From: Thermoplasmatota archaeon
GTDB lineage: Archaea; Thermoplasmatota; E2; JACPAO01; JAHFTW01
Direction of reading: 5' to 3'
NCBI GenBank assembly: GCA_041623215.1
Contig: JBFJXH010000003.1
Coordinates: 1 to 39,481 of the forward strand
Length of the DNA: 39,481 nt
This document shows, piece after piece, positions 8,835 to 17,638 of this stretch. The notes under the pieces were generated by a model that had not been told where the DNA came from, ran no database searches, and was given only the letters and a program-made list of their open reading frames with translations. Made by a program: the position numbers and the translations under genes. Each line of letters starts with the position of its first letter. Position 1 is the first letter of the stretch.

Positions 8835-9928
8835 TAGCGAATCACGGCGTGGCCATGGTCGGCCCGACGGTCGCCGCTTGGCAGATGAATGTCGTATTGG
8901 AAGTAAGCGATTCCCATGTGGTAAGTGAAGCCGGCGCCGGCAACTGTGTCTTGCACAGTCCACTCACCATCTGGCCCATTGGTCTCGAAGAACTGCAGGG
9001 AGAATCCCGCTCCGGTGAGGCTGGTAATCCATTCTTCTTCGAGAGGGGTTACGTCGCGGGCTTGGACACTGCCGGGGGCGTCGCCAAGGGTGCCAACGAA
9101 GTGCATCATGGTCATTCGATTGAAGCCGCCGTCTACGGTGAGGGTGCGCTCAGCCGGAGAATGAGTCTCGCTGGCCGGGCCAAAGGTGCCGTAGTCGATG
9201 GCCGTGTCCTCGCCTCGTGGCACCGTGACCCACCCTTCGAAGCCGTAGCCATGTTCCACAACTTCCCATGACCCAATGCTGGATTCCATGCGAACAACCT
9301 CATGCTGCCGGGCGTCGTAGGTCAAGACCATGCCGGTATCCTCAGGGAAGCTTCCCGTGGCAATCATGACTTGGGTGATGGGATCGGGCTCGCCCGTAGG
9401 CATGAAGCGGATGGTTGCCGTGTAGTCGTCTGCGCTTTCGACCGTGGCCTCGTACGGGGTCGCTGCAAACGAGGTATCCCATGTTTTTCCTGCTTCGAGC
9501 GGGAACTGCACCGGGGAGAACAATTCATTGTGCGTGTTGTAGGAAAGGTCAAAGTTTACGTCGCCAAAGGCGGGCGAATGGAACGAAATCGCTTCCTTGA
9601 GCCAACCTTCGTGCGGCATGCCAATGATGTAGCCTGCGTCGTCTACCTCGGCGACCACGCGCACCACTTCCACCAATTCGTCACTAAAGGAGGTCTGATA
9701 GCGAATCCGCCACCATTCGCCGGGGATGAGCTCGGGCGCTGCCACTGTAGTGGCATTCAAGTCGGGTGCAACCGCAGGACCGGTTTGGATGTCTGTGAAC
9801 GTGGTGTCGGGGCGGTCGCCGAGCTGCAACACGGGTTGTTGTTGTGCTTCCGGGGGCGCTTCGCTTGGTGTAGTGCATCCTGCCAACAGGAGGGCCATGC
9901 ACGCCACCGCGGTGGTCCAGCGCTTCAT
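8834..9928 (-). CDS. Hypothetical lipoprotein
   Basis: MKRW...LLAGC lipobox and acidic beta-rich body. TTTTTTAAAG at 9949-9958 supports ATG 9928. Confidence 0.75.
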   Translation of the reverse strand: MKRWTTAVACMALLLAGCTTPSEAPPEAQQQPVLQLGDRPDTTFTDIQTGPAVAPDLNATTVAAPELIPGEWWRIRYQTSFSDELVEVVRVVAEVDDAGYIIGMPHEGWLKEAISFHSPAFGDVNFDLSYNTHNELFSPVQFPLEAGKTWDTSFAATPYEATVESADDYTATIRFMPTGEPDPITQVMIATGSFPEDTGMVLTYDARQHEVVRMESSIGSWEVVEHGYGFEGWVTVPRGEDTAIDYGTFGPASETHSPAERTLTVDGGFNRMTMMHFVGTLGDAPGSVQARDVTPLEEEWITSLTGAGFSLQFFETNGPDGEWTVQDTVAGAGFTYHMGIAYFQYDIHLPSGDRRADHGHAVIR

Positions 9929-9948
9929 GCAACCCACGCCTTGTCCAT

Positions 9949-9958
9949 CTTTAAAAAA
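9949..9958 (-). promoter_or_regulatory. TATA box
   Basis: TTTTTTAAAG about 25 bp upstream of ATG 9928, in otherwise GC-rich DNA. Confidence 0.6.
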
Positions 9959-10084
9959 CCAAAGGTGGGCTCGGGGTAGGTAATCCAGGCCGCTTGCTCC
10001 ACGCAGCCCGTGGGGTGGGGGCTGCGCAGTCTTCCTACCTAACTCCCACACCACGACGAAATAACCGCTAGTATCGGTTCTTGG

Positions 10085-10942
10085 CTACAGTTTGGACCAA
10101 GTAGCCAATGATACGGGTGCTCCCGACCAAGCCTCGTAGCTGGCCAAAGCCTTGGTCAAATCGACGGCGCCGTTGGATGCGGCGCCCAGCGTTTGAATGA
10201 CGGCCAGCGCACCTCCGTCTTCGGACAAAACGGGGCTTCCAGAGTCGGCGGGTAAACGAGGGGTCTCGAACTCAATGTCGATGGTCCACCCATCCACGCC
10301 AACGATGGTACCGATTTGCGCATCAAACGTCTCGCCGTCCGTGCCAGCATCTCGCAGGCCCGAATTGCCGTAAGTGGCAACGGGGTCACCGACAGACACA
10401 TCGCCGGCCAGACCCGTTGGGCCGCCCCACTTCCAGACGGCGGGGTGCACCAATTGGACCGCGTCCGGGGCGACTTCCAGAAGCGCAAAATCATCCTCGA
10501 ATCCGGGTCGGATTCCGCCGAGCCCTTGCAGTTCTCGCTTGTCGGTGCAAATCGTCGAATTGTCCGATGCACCCCAGCTACAGTAATGGATTGTCGCGGC
10601 GACCTGGCCAGCAATCATGAATGGGCTGCCAACCGACTGGCCCATGAGGCAATGGGATGCGGTTCCGACAAAAACCGCCCCCGTTTGATTGAGAAACACG
10701 AAATTGACGGTGCAGCCCAAGAACCGATTGCGCGGTTCCTCTGAATCATCCGGCGCGTACAATTTGCTGCCGGGTCGGACCAAAGCATTGGCCAACTCGG
10801 CAAAATGAATCTCGTCAGCGCCGCTCGCTTCGGGGCCGTTGGCTGACGATTCTGGGGCGTCGTTGTCACGGCCTGCTGGCTCTTCCTGCAGACAACCGGC
10901 ACCCAGCAGGACAAGAACAATCGCTGCCACCGCGATGCGCAT
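10085..10942 (-). CDS. Trypsin-like (S1) serine protease lipoprotein
   Basis: LGAGC lipobox; triad TASHC / DDFALL / ADSGSPV. CTTAAA at 10967-10972 supports ATG 10942. Confidence 0.8.
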   Translation of the reverse strand: MRIAVAAIVLVLLGAGCLQEEPAGRDNDAPESSANGPEASGADEIHFAELANALVRPGSKLYAPDDSEEPRNRFLGCTVNFVFLNQTGAVFVGTASHCLMGQSVGSPFMIAGQVAATIHYCSWGASDNSTICTDKRELQGLGGIRPGFEDDFALLEVAPDAVQLVHPAVWKWGGPTGLAGDVSVGDPVATYGNSGLRDAGTDGETFDAQIGTIVGVDGWTIDIEFETPRLPADSGSPVLSEDGGALAVIQTLGAASNGAVDLTKALASYEAWSGAPVSLATWSKL

Positions 10943-11071
10943 AGACCTCAAGGGTCTGGGCCCCAGTTTAAGGATTGTCGAGGCGGTATGGTCGGGACCC
11001 CAGCTCGGCGACGTCGCGCTTTCGCGCTGGCTGCTCACCGCCGGGCAGCCGGCCGGCCGCCTGGCCGGAGC

Positions 11072-12454
11072 CTACGCCGTCAATTGTGCTTCCGCTTGGG
11101 CCAGCAATTCGTCCACTTCGTCCCATTCGGCCAGCGCCTGTGCCTCCTCCATATCACGGACCGCCAGCATGTACTTGCGTACTAAGGGGGCCATTTTCGG
11201 GAAGTGACGCAGCATGAGCTTCACGAAGGTTGGGAACTTGGCATCGGTCAACTCTAGCACGACGTCGCCATCCAGAATGCTGGCAAGCCGCTCGAAGTCC
11301 TTGTCGCTGAGATTCTCCGAAAAGTAACGCAGGCGCAACAGTTTCTCAGTAACGGCTCCTTCTCCCGTGCTCCAATACTCCGTCACATAGGGCTGCAAAG
11401 CAGCCTTGGAAACGTCGTTGTTACGCAGAGCCGCGCCACCGACTCGGCTTGCAATTTGGGCGGCGGACATGGCAATGATGATGCCGCCTCCGTGAATCGG
11501 GTTGACTAGCTGTGCGGCGTCGCCCACCAGCATGAGGCCATCGGCGATGGGCTCGGGGACGCGGCTTGAAACTGGGATTCCACTGCCATTAATCTCAGTG
11601 ACCGAAGCCTTGGAAAACAAATCAGGCCGGGATTCAATCCAGCGGTCTAGATAGTCCTGCGCTCGCAGGCCCCAACTGGACTCCTTGGCCAGCACGCCGA
11701 TGCCTACGTTGGCCACATTGTCGCCTTTCGGGAAGATCCAAACGTACCCCTTGGGGGCGACATCTTCGCCAAAGTAGAGGTGGAGCCATTTCCACTCGTC
11801 AATCCCTGTGAGGCCAACCATCTCATATTGGAATCCCGAGTGGTAGTCGCGTACGCGGTTGAGGGTTCGAAGGCCTGCCCACTTGCCTACCATGGAATCG
11901 ATGCCGTCCGCGCCAATGGTCAGCTTGGCTCGAATGTCAAATTCCTTGCCCATGAAGCTCGCGCGAATGCCTGCGACTTGGCCGGACGGCGCGCGAAGGA
12001 GGCCCACCGCCTGTGTCTTGGGCATCAGCTTCGCACCCGCCAAGATGGCATCCCGGGCTAGGTGTTTCTCGAAAATCTTGCGCTCTATGACCCAGCCCAG
12101 GGTATCAGGCCCAGTCATTTCGACCCGTTTACCGCTTGGCGCGTAGAGGGCAGCTCCTTCGATGCGGCCGTAGGCCCAAGCCGGGTCGGGCTCAACGCCG
12201 CAATGTGCGAGGCCAACGTCGCTTACCCCTTCGGCGCAGCGCTTGGGGCTGCCAATGTCTTGCTTGCGATCGATGCCGAGAACCCGGAAACCTTGGCGGG
12301 CCAAGTCCCGTGCGGCAACTAGGCCGCCGGGACCCAGGCCTACCACGAGGGCGTCTACTTCCATGTCCACCGCTCGCGGGATGGTTCCTGGCGGAAGGTT
12401 CTGGAGTGGCTTGTCGGTCGTCGTGTCCGCCGGTGACCCGGCAAGCGAGGGCAT
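11072..12454 (-). CDS. Digeranylgeranylglycerophospholipid (geranylgeranyl) reductase
   Basis: FAD motif GLGPGG; KRCAEG; GADG; PKGYVWIFP (PxxYxWxFP); VGDAAQLVNPIHGGGI. Confidence 0.92.
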   Translation of the reverse strand: MPSLAGSPADTTTDKPLQNLPPGTIPRAVDMEVDALVVGLGPGGLVAARDLARQGFRVLGIDRKQDIGSPKRCAEGVSDVGLAHCGVEPDPAWAYGRIEGAALYAPSGKRVEMTGPDTLGWVIERKIFEKHLARDAILAGAKLMPKTQAVGLLRAPSGQVAGIRASFMGKEFDIRAKLTIGADGIDSMVGKWAGLRTLNRVRDYHSGFQYEMVGLTGIDEWKWLHLYFGEDVAPKGYVWIFPKGDNVANVGIGVLAKESSWGLRAQDYLDRWIESRPDLFSKASVTEINGSGIPVSSRVPEPIADGLMLVGDAAQLVNPIHGGGIIIAMSAAQIASRVGGAALRNNDVSKAALQPYVTEYWSTGEGAVTEKLLRLRYFSENLSDKDFERLASILDGDVVLELTDAKFPTFVKLMLRHFPKMAPLVRKYMLAVRDMEEAQALAEWDEVDELLAQAEAQLTA

Positions 12455-12457
12455 CTT

Positions 12458-12691
12458 TCAGGCCTCCACCAAGATGACGCGGTCTGGCTTTGGCTCGTGG
12501 CTGCTGCCGTAGAGGTCTCCTTCGGTGAGCGCTCCAACGGGGCAGAATTGAATGCAAAGACCGCAACTAATACAGGGGCTGTCGGCGATGGTCAGGTGGT
12601 CCCCCCACAGGGTAATCGTGTCCACGGGGCATACGCCGACGCACCCGGCACAACTGATGCAACGCCCGTGGTCAACGTCGACCTTGGCCAT
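12458..12691 (-). CDS. 2x[4Fe-4S] ferredoxin
   Basis: CISCAGCVGVCP and CISCGLCIQFCP; 3 bp upstream of the reductase; CTTATCA box at 12714-12720. Confidence 0.93.
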   Translation of the reverse strand: MAKVDVDHGRCISCAGCVGVCPVDTITLWGDHLTIADSPCISCGLCIQFCPVGALTEGDLYGSSHEPKPDRVILVEA

Positions 12692-12910
12692 GAGGCTGCG
12701 ACCTAGGGGCCGCTGATAAGGGCGCGGGACTGCCTCGGGGGGACACGTGGGCGGCGCGGGCCATCTCGTTTGCTGGCGTTCGATTGGCGAAGCTTGAAGA
12801 AGGGGTCTGGGGTCGCGGCGGCTACCCCTGGTGTGCCCGCATCTTCTGGTGTTGGCATGTCAACGTATCTCCTGGTGTCGGAGTAAGGCATACACCGAAG
12901 AGATACACTT

Positions 12911-12983
12911 GGGCCCGTAGGGTAGCTTGGTATCCTTGTACCTTGGGGTGGTATAGACTCCAGTTCAAATCTGGGCGGGCCCA
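12911..12983 (+). tRNA. tRNA-Pro(GGG)
   Basis: Acceptor stem GGGCCCG/CGGGCCC, anticodon arm GTACC-TTGGGGT-GGTAT, T-loop TTCAAAT. G1:C72 and A73 are archaeal Pro type. No intron and no encoded CCA. Confidence 0.95.
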
Positions 12984-13139
12984 CTCAATCAGTGGTTGTT
13001 GGGCGTCGTAGGTGACGCAAATCGTATCGCGCAGGGGGTGCGCAATCGCCGCCATTCCCGGGCGCGAGGTTGCAAAAGGCCGCCCCGCAAGGCGGTGAAC
13101 GAACCTTGCGAGGCAGCGTATGGGGTTGTCTTGAGTTGG

Positions 13140-14528
13140 CTAGTCGCGAATGCCGTCCTCGCAGATTTGTGAGACCGCTTCGCCTTCGGGCAAGTGCGGA
13201 CTGTCAATGAGTCGGCAGATGCGCTTGCCGCCCTTGGATTTACGTAGGTAGATGCGGAAGGTGCTGGTATGGCCCACGATGTGGCCGCCAATGGCGCGGG
13301 TGGGATCGCCGAAGAACGCGTCAGGCTTGGCGCTCACTTGATTGGTGACAATCACGGCGGCGTTATTGAGCCCGGCCAGTTTTTGCAAGTCATGCATGTG
13401 GCGATTCAGCTTCTGTTGCCGGTCGGCGAGCATGCCGCGGCCAACGAATTCGGCGCGGAAATGGGCGGTGAGGCTGTCCACCACGATAACCCGGATGGGA
13501 TGTTGGCGGCACACCTCGGCAGCGCGCTCTGCCAGCAACATTTGGTGGTTTGAGTTGAAGGCGCGGGCTACGTGAATGCGACCAAGCACCTCTTCTGGGT
13601 CTTGCCCATTGGCGCGAGCCATTTGTTCAATGCGTTCTGGTCGGAACGTGTTCTCGGTGTCGATGAAGAGCGCATGGCCATTGAGGCCGCCCTCCTCGAC
13701 GGGACGCTGCACGTTGACGCACAGTTGGTGGGCGAATTGGGTTTTGCAGCTGCCGAATTCTCCAAAGAATTCTGTGATGGATTGAGTCTCAATGCCGCCG
13801 CCCATCAATTCGTCGAAGGCTTTGGAGCCGGTGTGAATCTTGTTGACGGTCGTGCGGCGGTGGGCCACGTCGAGGCCGGTCTCGAAGCCACCCACGTCGG
13901 CTAGCTTGCGGGCGGCGTTGATGAGTTTCTGGGCTACGCCTTCACCCACGTCGCATTTCTCGGCCAATTCGCTGGGGCTGGCGACGGCGATGGTCATGAG
14001 TTCGTCGTAGCCGGCCTCCTTGAGCTTGTCGGCGGTGGCTGGCCCAACGCCTGGCAGGTCGTCCACGGTCATGGTCACTAACTCTTCTTGGGCCGCTTCC
14101 GGGGTTGTGCCGTCGCTGCCCGCGCTGGCCGGGTCGAATCCATCTTCGGGCAGTCCCATGAGCGCTCGCGCTTGTTCGATTGTCTTCTTGGCGACCGCGC
14201 GTGACAGGCCGCTGAAGGCCTTGACGTCGTCCGGCGTGGACTTGGCAATTGCCTCCACGGTCTCGAAGCCGCCGCCACGCAGCTTTGTCGCCTTGTCCGT
14301 GTTCATGCCATCGATGTCTTCGATGGCGATGCCGCCTGTGGCCGCAAGGAGCGTCTTGGCGCCATCGATGATGCCTGCAGCGACGGCATCGGTCATGCCG
14401 GCTTTGCTTGCTAATTCACTTGGGGGCAGGTCGAGAATGTCGGCAACCGTTTGGTAACCGGCTTCGTTGAGGCGTTGGGCCTTGGTTGCACCAACGCCGG
14501 GGATCTGAGTCAGAGGCAGTTTCGACAT
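13140..14528 (-). CDS. radA: DNA repair and recombination protein RadA with extra N-terminal HhH domains
   Basis: [34 protein letters not shown] and GGHIVGH motifs; three HhH units in aa 1-210. Confidence 0.95.
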   Translation of the reverse strand: MSKLPLTQIPGVGATKAQRLNEAGYQTVADILDLPPSELASKAGMTDAVAAGIIDGAKTLLAATGGIAIEDIDGMNTDKATKLRGGGFETVEAIAKSTPDDVKAFSGLSRAVAKKTIEQARALMGLPEDGFDPASAGSDGTTPEAAQEELVTMTVDDLPGVGPATADKLKEAGYDELMTIAVASPSELAEKCDVGEGVAQKLINAARKLADVGGFETGLDVAHRRTTVNKIHTGSKAFDELMGGGIETQSITEFFGEFGSCKTQFAHQLCVNVQRPVEEGGLNGHALFIDTENTFRPERIEQMARANGQDPEEVLGRIHVARAFNSNHQMLLAERAAEVCRQHPIRVIVVDSLTAHFRAEFVGRGMLADRQQKLNRHMHDLQKLAGLNNAAVIVTNQVSAKPDAFFGDPTRAIGGHIVGHTSTFRIYLRKSKGGKRICRLIDSPHLPEGEAVSQICEDGIRD

Positions 14529-14770
14529 GAGCCTTCAACGCAGCATGGATGAAGCCATGGTAAGGGGAGGGGGAGAGGGGCGAGTGAAAGCAATCCTCAG
14601 CGAGTGCCGCCGCGGCGGCGCGCGTGGGTTAGGGAGTGTTGTACGGCAGCCACAGCGTCCCGGTTCATTCGGTGAACTTCCCCACGGCGCATAGCGGCGT
14701 AGGGCCCGTCACGGGCTGAGGGCACGGCTGACGATGGAAGAGAGAAGGGAGCGTCCTAGAGATAGGCTTC

Positions 14771-17005
14771 TTGGCCGAGGCGGACGGTGTCTTGGGTTTC
14801 ATCGTCGGCCTCTGGCAGGCCAGGCTGTGGCATGTGCATCCACGCCAGCATCGCTCTTTGACACTTGGACCTGCTCTTTCGGCTTTGGAACATGGGCTAG
14901 AAAGCTTGACCTGTTCACCCGCAGCCAGGCTTCGCGTGGAGGCGTTTTGGGCGCCCATCCAGCGGGGATTACGGCACAAGTCGGCGCGGTGCGGTCGGCC
15001 GCGTCGCCTGGCCGCGTGGCAAGCGTCAAGTGGCCCAGACGGTGGCGGCGCCGTGGCCTGCCCGCGCTGCCAGCACCCGACGCAGACGGTGGCCGTCGGG
15101 CACCGCCGGGTAACAGCGTGCGCGTCATGTCATCACTTGGAATCCCTGCCCGTCGCGGCGGGCACCCCGCCCTCCTATCGCGACCATGTGCAATGTTTGC
15201 AGGACGAAATTCGGGAGGCGGAAAAGGAGGCCGACGAGGAGGCGGTGACGGTGTCGGTGCTGGAGGCAAGCCGAGGCGAAGGAGGCGTCGGCGTACGACT
15301 TCATGTGCAGGTCACTGAGGGAGATCCTCGCCGCCTGGCGCGTGGCAGCACGCTGGATGCGCGCCTGGCCCGGGCACCGGCCGGGGTCAAGGAAGAAGCC
15401 GAAGTCCGCGTCCACCGGCGAAGCAAGGATGCCGCCATTCTCGACGTTACGGCGGGCTCGTGGATTCGGCTCGGTCGTGGCGTGGAGATTACCATTGCTC
15501 CACGTACGTCTGCAACGCTCTATCGCACGCTTCTGCAGGCCTTTCTCCTGGTGTCTCGCTTGGACGCTCGCGTGAGCGATCTGGATGAGCCGAGTCGCGT
15601 ACCGCGCATTCCGCGCCGCGACCCCAACCCGCGGCCGGTCGATGTCTCGGGGCTCAGGCCCATGCAGGCACGGGCGGTCCAAGGAGCCTTGGCCATGGCT
15701 GAAGACGGGCTGATGCTGGTTCAGGGGCCGCCGGGGACGGGTAAGACCACCGTGATTGCCCGCATTATTCGGCATGCGGTTGCGCGCGGCCAGTCGGTGC
15801 TCGTCGCCAGCCACACCCACGTCGCCATTGACAATGCGCTTCGAAAGGCCATCAAGGACGACGGTCGTTTGGAGCCCAGAATCGTCCGCATTGGCGATGT
15901 CAACACGGTGGCCGGGGACACGGCTCACCTGGCCGCCCGCATTTCCGACTTCGTGGTGGACGAACCCCCAGAAGGCAGCGACCCGGCAACCGCGCCGCCG
16001 CTGGTCCCCTTGTGGGATGCCATCTCCAACGAGCGACCTGTGGTCGGCATGACGCTCGACGCACTGGCCAACGCCCTCGTGCACTATCGAGACATGAATT
16101 TCCGCCCCTTCGACCTCGTCATCGTGGATGAAGCTGGCATGAATCTCCAGCCGAAGCTTGCCCTGGCCCGAGCCGCCGGGCGCCGGCTCCTCTTGGTCGG
16201 CGACCACATGCAGTTGCCGCCCATTGTGCGTTCGCGCCGTTACCAAAACAAGCCCAGTTACACCATGAGTCCCTTCGAGCGGTTGCAGCAAGCGCGGGGT
16301 GACCTACTGGTGTTGCTCGACGAACAGTTTCGTTGCCGGCCCGACATTTACGAGTGGAGTCGAGACGCGGTCTATGGAGGGCTCGTCACCGACCAGCGTC
16401 CCGCTGGGCCGCCGCCCGCGCCGGAGCTATTCAGTCACCCGGTGACGCGCCCCGTCGCTTGGATTGACACCACCAATGTCCTTGGCGGCGAGCGCCGAGT
16501 AGGTACCAGTTGGACGCACCCGGGCAACGTAGCCGTGGCCCTGACCATTTTGCAAGAATTGGTCACCAAGCACGGACTGACGGCCGAGGACATCGGATAC
16601 ATCAGTCCCTTCCGGCGCCAGGCGCGGCTGTTTGAAGACGCATTGGCCGCGTTGCCGCTTCAGGGCATGGCCGGCGACATCACGGCCAGTACCGTGGACG
16701 CTTTCCAGGGGAGCGAACGGCGCGTCATCCTGTATGACCTCACGACGCAGGTGCCGCGCAAGCCGCACGAGGACCACAGGCGCCTTAATGTCAGCCTCAC
16801 CCGCGCGCAGGACCAACTGTTGATTCTGGCCCCTCGCGGGTTCGCCAAGACGCCAGCGGCCAACCCGTATTATTGGAGCCTGCAACAATGGAAGCGTCCG
16901 CAAGTGTTGCCGGTACCAGCAGGCGCCGTGACGCCGCAATTGGTCCAGGCGGTAGCCAGCCAATTGGACGTGCGTGGATCAAGACCTCGCGTAGTTCAGG
17001 CCTAA
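14771..17005 (+). CDS. Superfamily 1B (Upf1/DNA2/NAM7-like) helicase with N-terminal Zn ribbon
   Basis: QGPPGTGKT, VDEAG, GDHMQLPP, QFRC, ISPFRRQ, TVDAFQGSE and RLNVSLTRA motifs; CPRC...CASC. Start uncertain (TTG). Confidence 0.88.
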   Translation: MAEADGVLGFIVGLWQARLWHVHPRQHRSLTLGPALSALEHGLESLTCSPAARLRVEAFWAPIQRGLRHKSARCGRPRRLAAWQASSGPDGGGAVACPRCQHPTQTVAVGHRRVTACASCHHLESLPVAAGTPPSYRDHVQCLQDEIREAEKEADEEAVTVSVLEASRGEGGVGVRLHVQVTEGDPRRLARGSTLDARLARAPAGVKEEAEVRVHRRSKDAAILDVTAGSWIRLGRGVEITIAPRTSATLYRTLLQAFLLVSRLDARVSDLDEPSRVPRIPRRDPNPRPVDVSGLRPMQARAVQGALAMAEDGLMLVQGPPGTGKTTVIARIIRHAVARGQSVLVASHTHVAIDNALRKAIKDDGRLEPRIVRIGDVNTVAGDTAHLAARISDFVVDEPPEGSDPATAPPLVPLWDAISNERPVVGMTLDALANALVHYRDMNFRPFDLVIVDEAGMNLQPKLALARAAGRRLLLVGDHMQLPPIVRSRRYQNKPSYTMSPFERLQQARGDLLVLLDEQFRCRPDIYEWSRDAVYGGLVTDQRPAGPPPAPELFSHPVTRPVAWIDTTNVLGGERRVGTSWTHPGNVAVALTILQELVTKHGLTAEDIGYISPFRRQARLFEDALAALPLQGMAGDITASTVDAFQGSERRVILYDLTTQVPRKPHEDHRRLNVSLTRAQDQLLILAPRGFAKTPAANPYYWSLQQWKRPQVLPVPAGAVTPQLVQAVASQLDVRGSRPRVVQA

Positions 17006-17011
17006 GTCGCG

Positions 17012-17512
17012 TTACGCGTCCTCAGGCGCCGCCCCCTCGTCGCCCGCGTCATCTTCCATCGGATTTCGCACGACGAGGATGAGCAGGACGCCAAGGGCGG
17101 CCGCGCCAATTGCCAACAGGAGATTGCCAGCCGATGGTGCCACCTCGCGAAGGGCTGCGCCGGCCGCCGCAAATGCACCTGCAATGGCGGTGCGCCGGTC
17201 GGCAAAGCCGGCTACGATGCCGGTGCCTAGGTAGATCATGCTAGGGGCCACCGAGGGCGCAAACAAATCCACCACGTAATGGCCCAGCAGAGCCGTGGCG
17301 GTGCCGGACGCCACCCACAGGCGCTTGGCCTGTGATTTCCATGTCACCAGGACCAAGACGATGAGGCCCAGTAGGCTCAGGGTGCCCGCGACCGCCAGGG
17401 CCCCACCAATGGCTTGGACGCCCTCGACACCAAGCACGGCCAAAAGAGCCAGCAGTGCGAAGGCAAACTGCGTTGGAATGAGAAGCGTGAGGCCAAGACG
17501 GGTCCACTGCAC
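17012..17512 (-). CDS. Hypothetical integral membrane protein
   Basis: About 5-6 hydrophobic segments; GGAG just before GTG 17512; acidic C-tail. Confidence 0.65.
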   Translation of the reverse strand: MQWTRLGLTLLIPTQFAFALLALLAVLGVEGVQAIGGALAVAGTLSLLGLIVLVLVTWKSQAKRLWVASGTATALLGHYVVDLFAPSVAPSMIYLGTGIVAGFADRRTAIAGAFAAAGAALREVAPSAGNLLLAIGAAALGVLLILVVRNPMEDDAGDEGAAPEDA

Positions 17513-17638
17513 GCTCCGGCCACCCAGCGCGCCCTCTTGGCCTTGGCCCCCGACGCGGCCTGGCTGGCCGTGACATGCGCAACGTGCCTTTCCCGTGCGA
17601 CGGTCAACCCCTAAGGCCCCCGTGGGGCTCGCCACCGC

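Noticed and set aside
12911-13140. Integrated element at tRNA-Pro
   Set aside because: No integrase and no duplicated tRNA 3' end noticed. Downstream hairpins fit convergent terminators.
12703-13291. ORFs 12703-12984, 12784-13011, 12822-13055 and 12989-13291
   Set aside because: They overlap tRNA-Pro or radA and have no recognisable motifs.
13140-14528. Intein explaining the long RadA
   Set aside because: The ATPase core is uninterrupted and the extra length is N-terminal HhH repeats.
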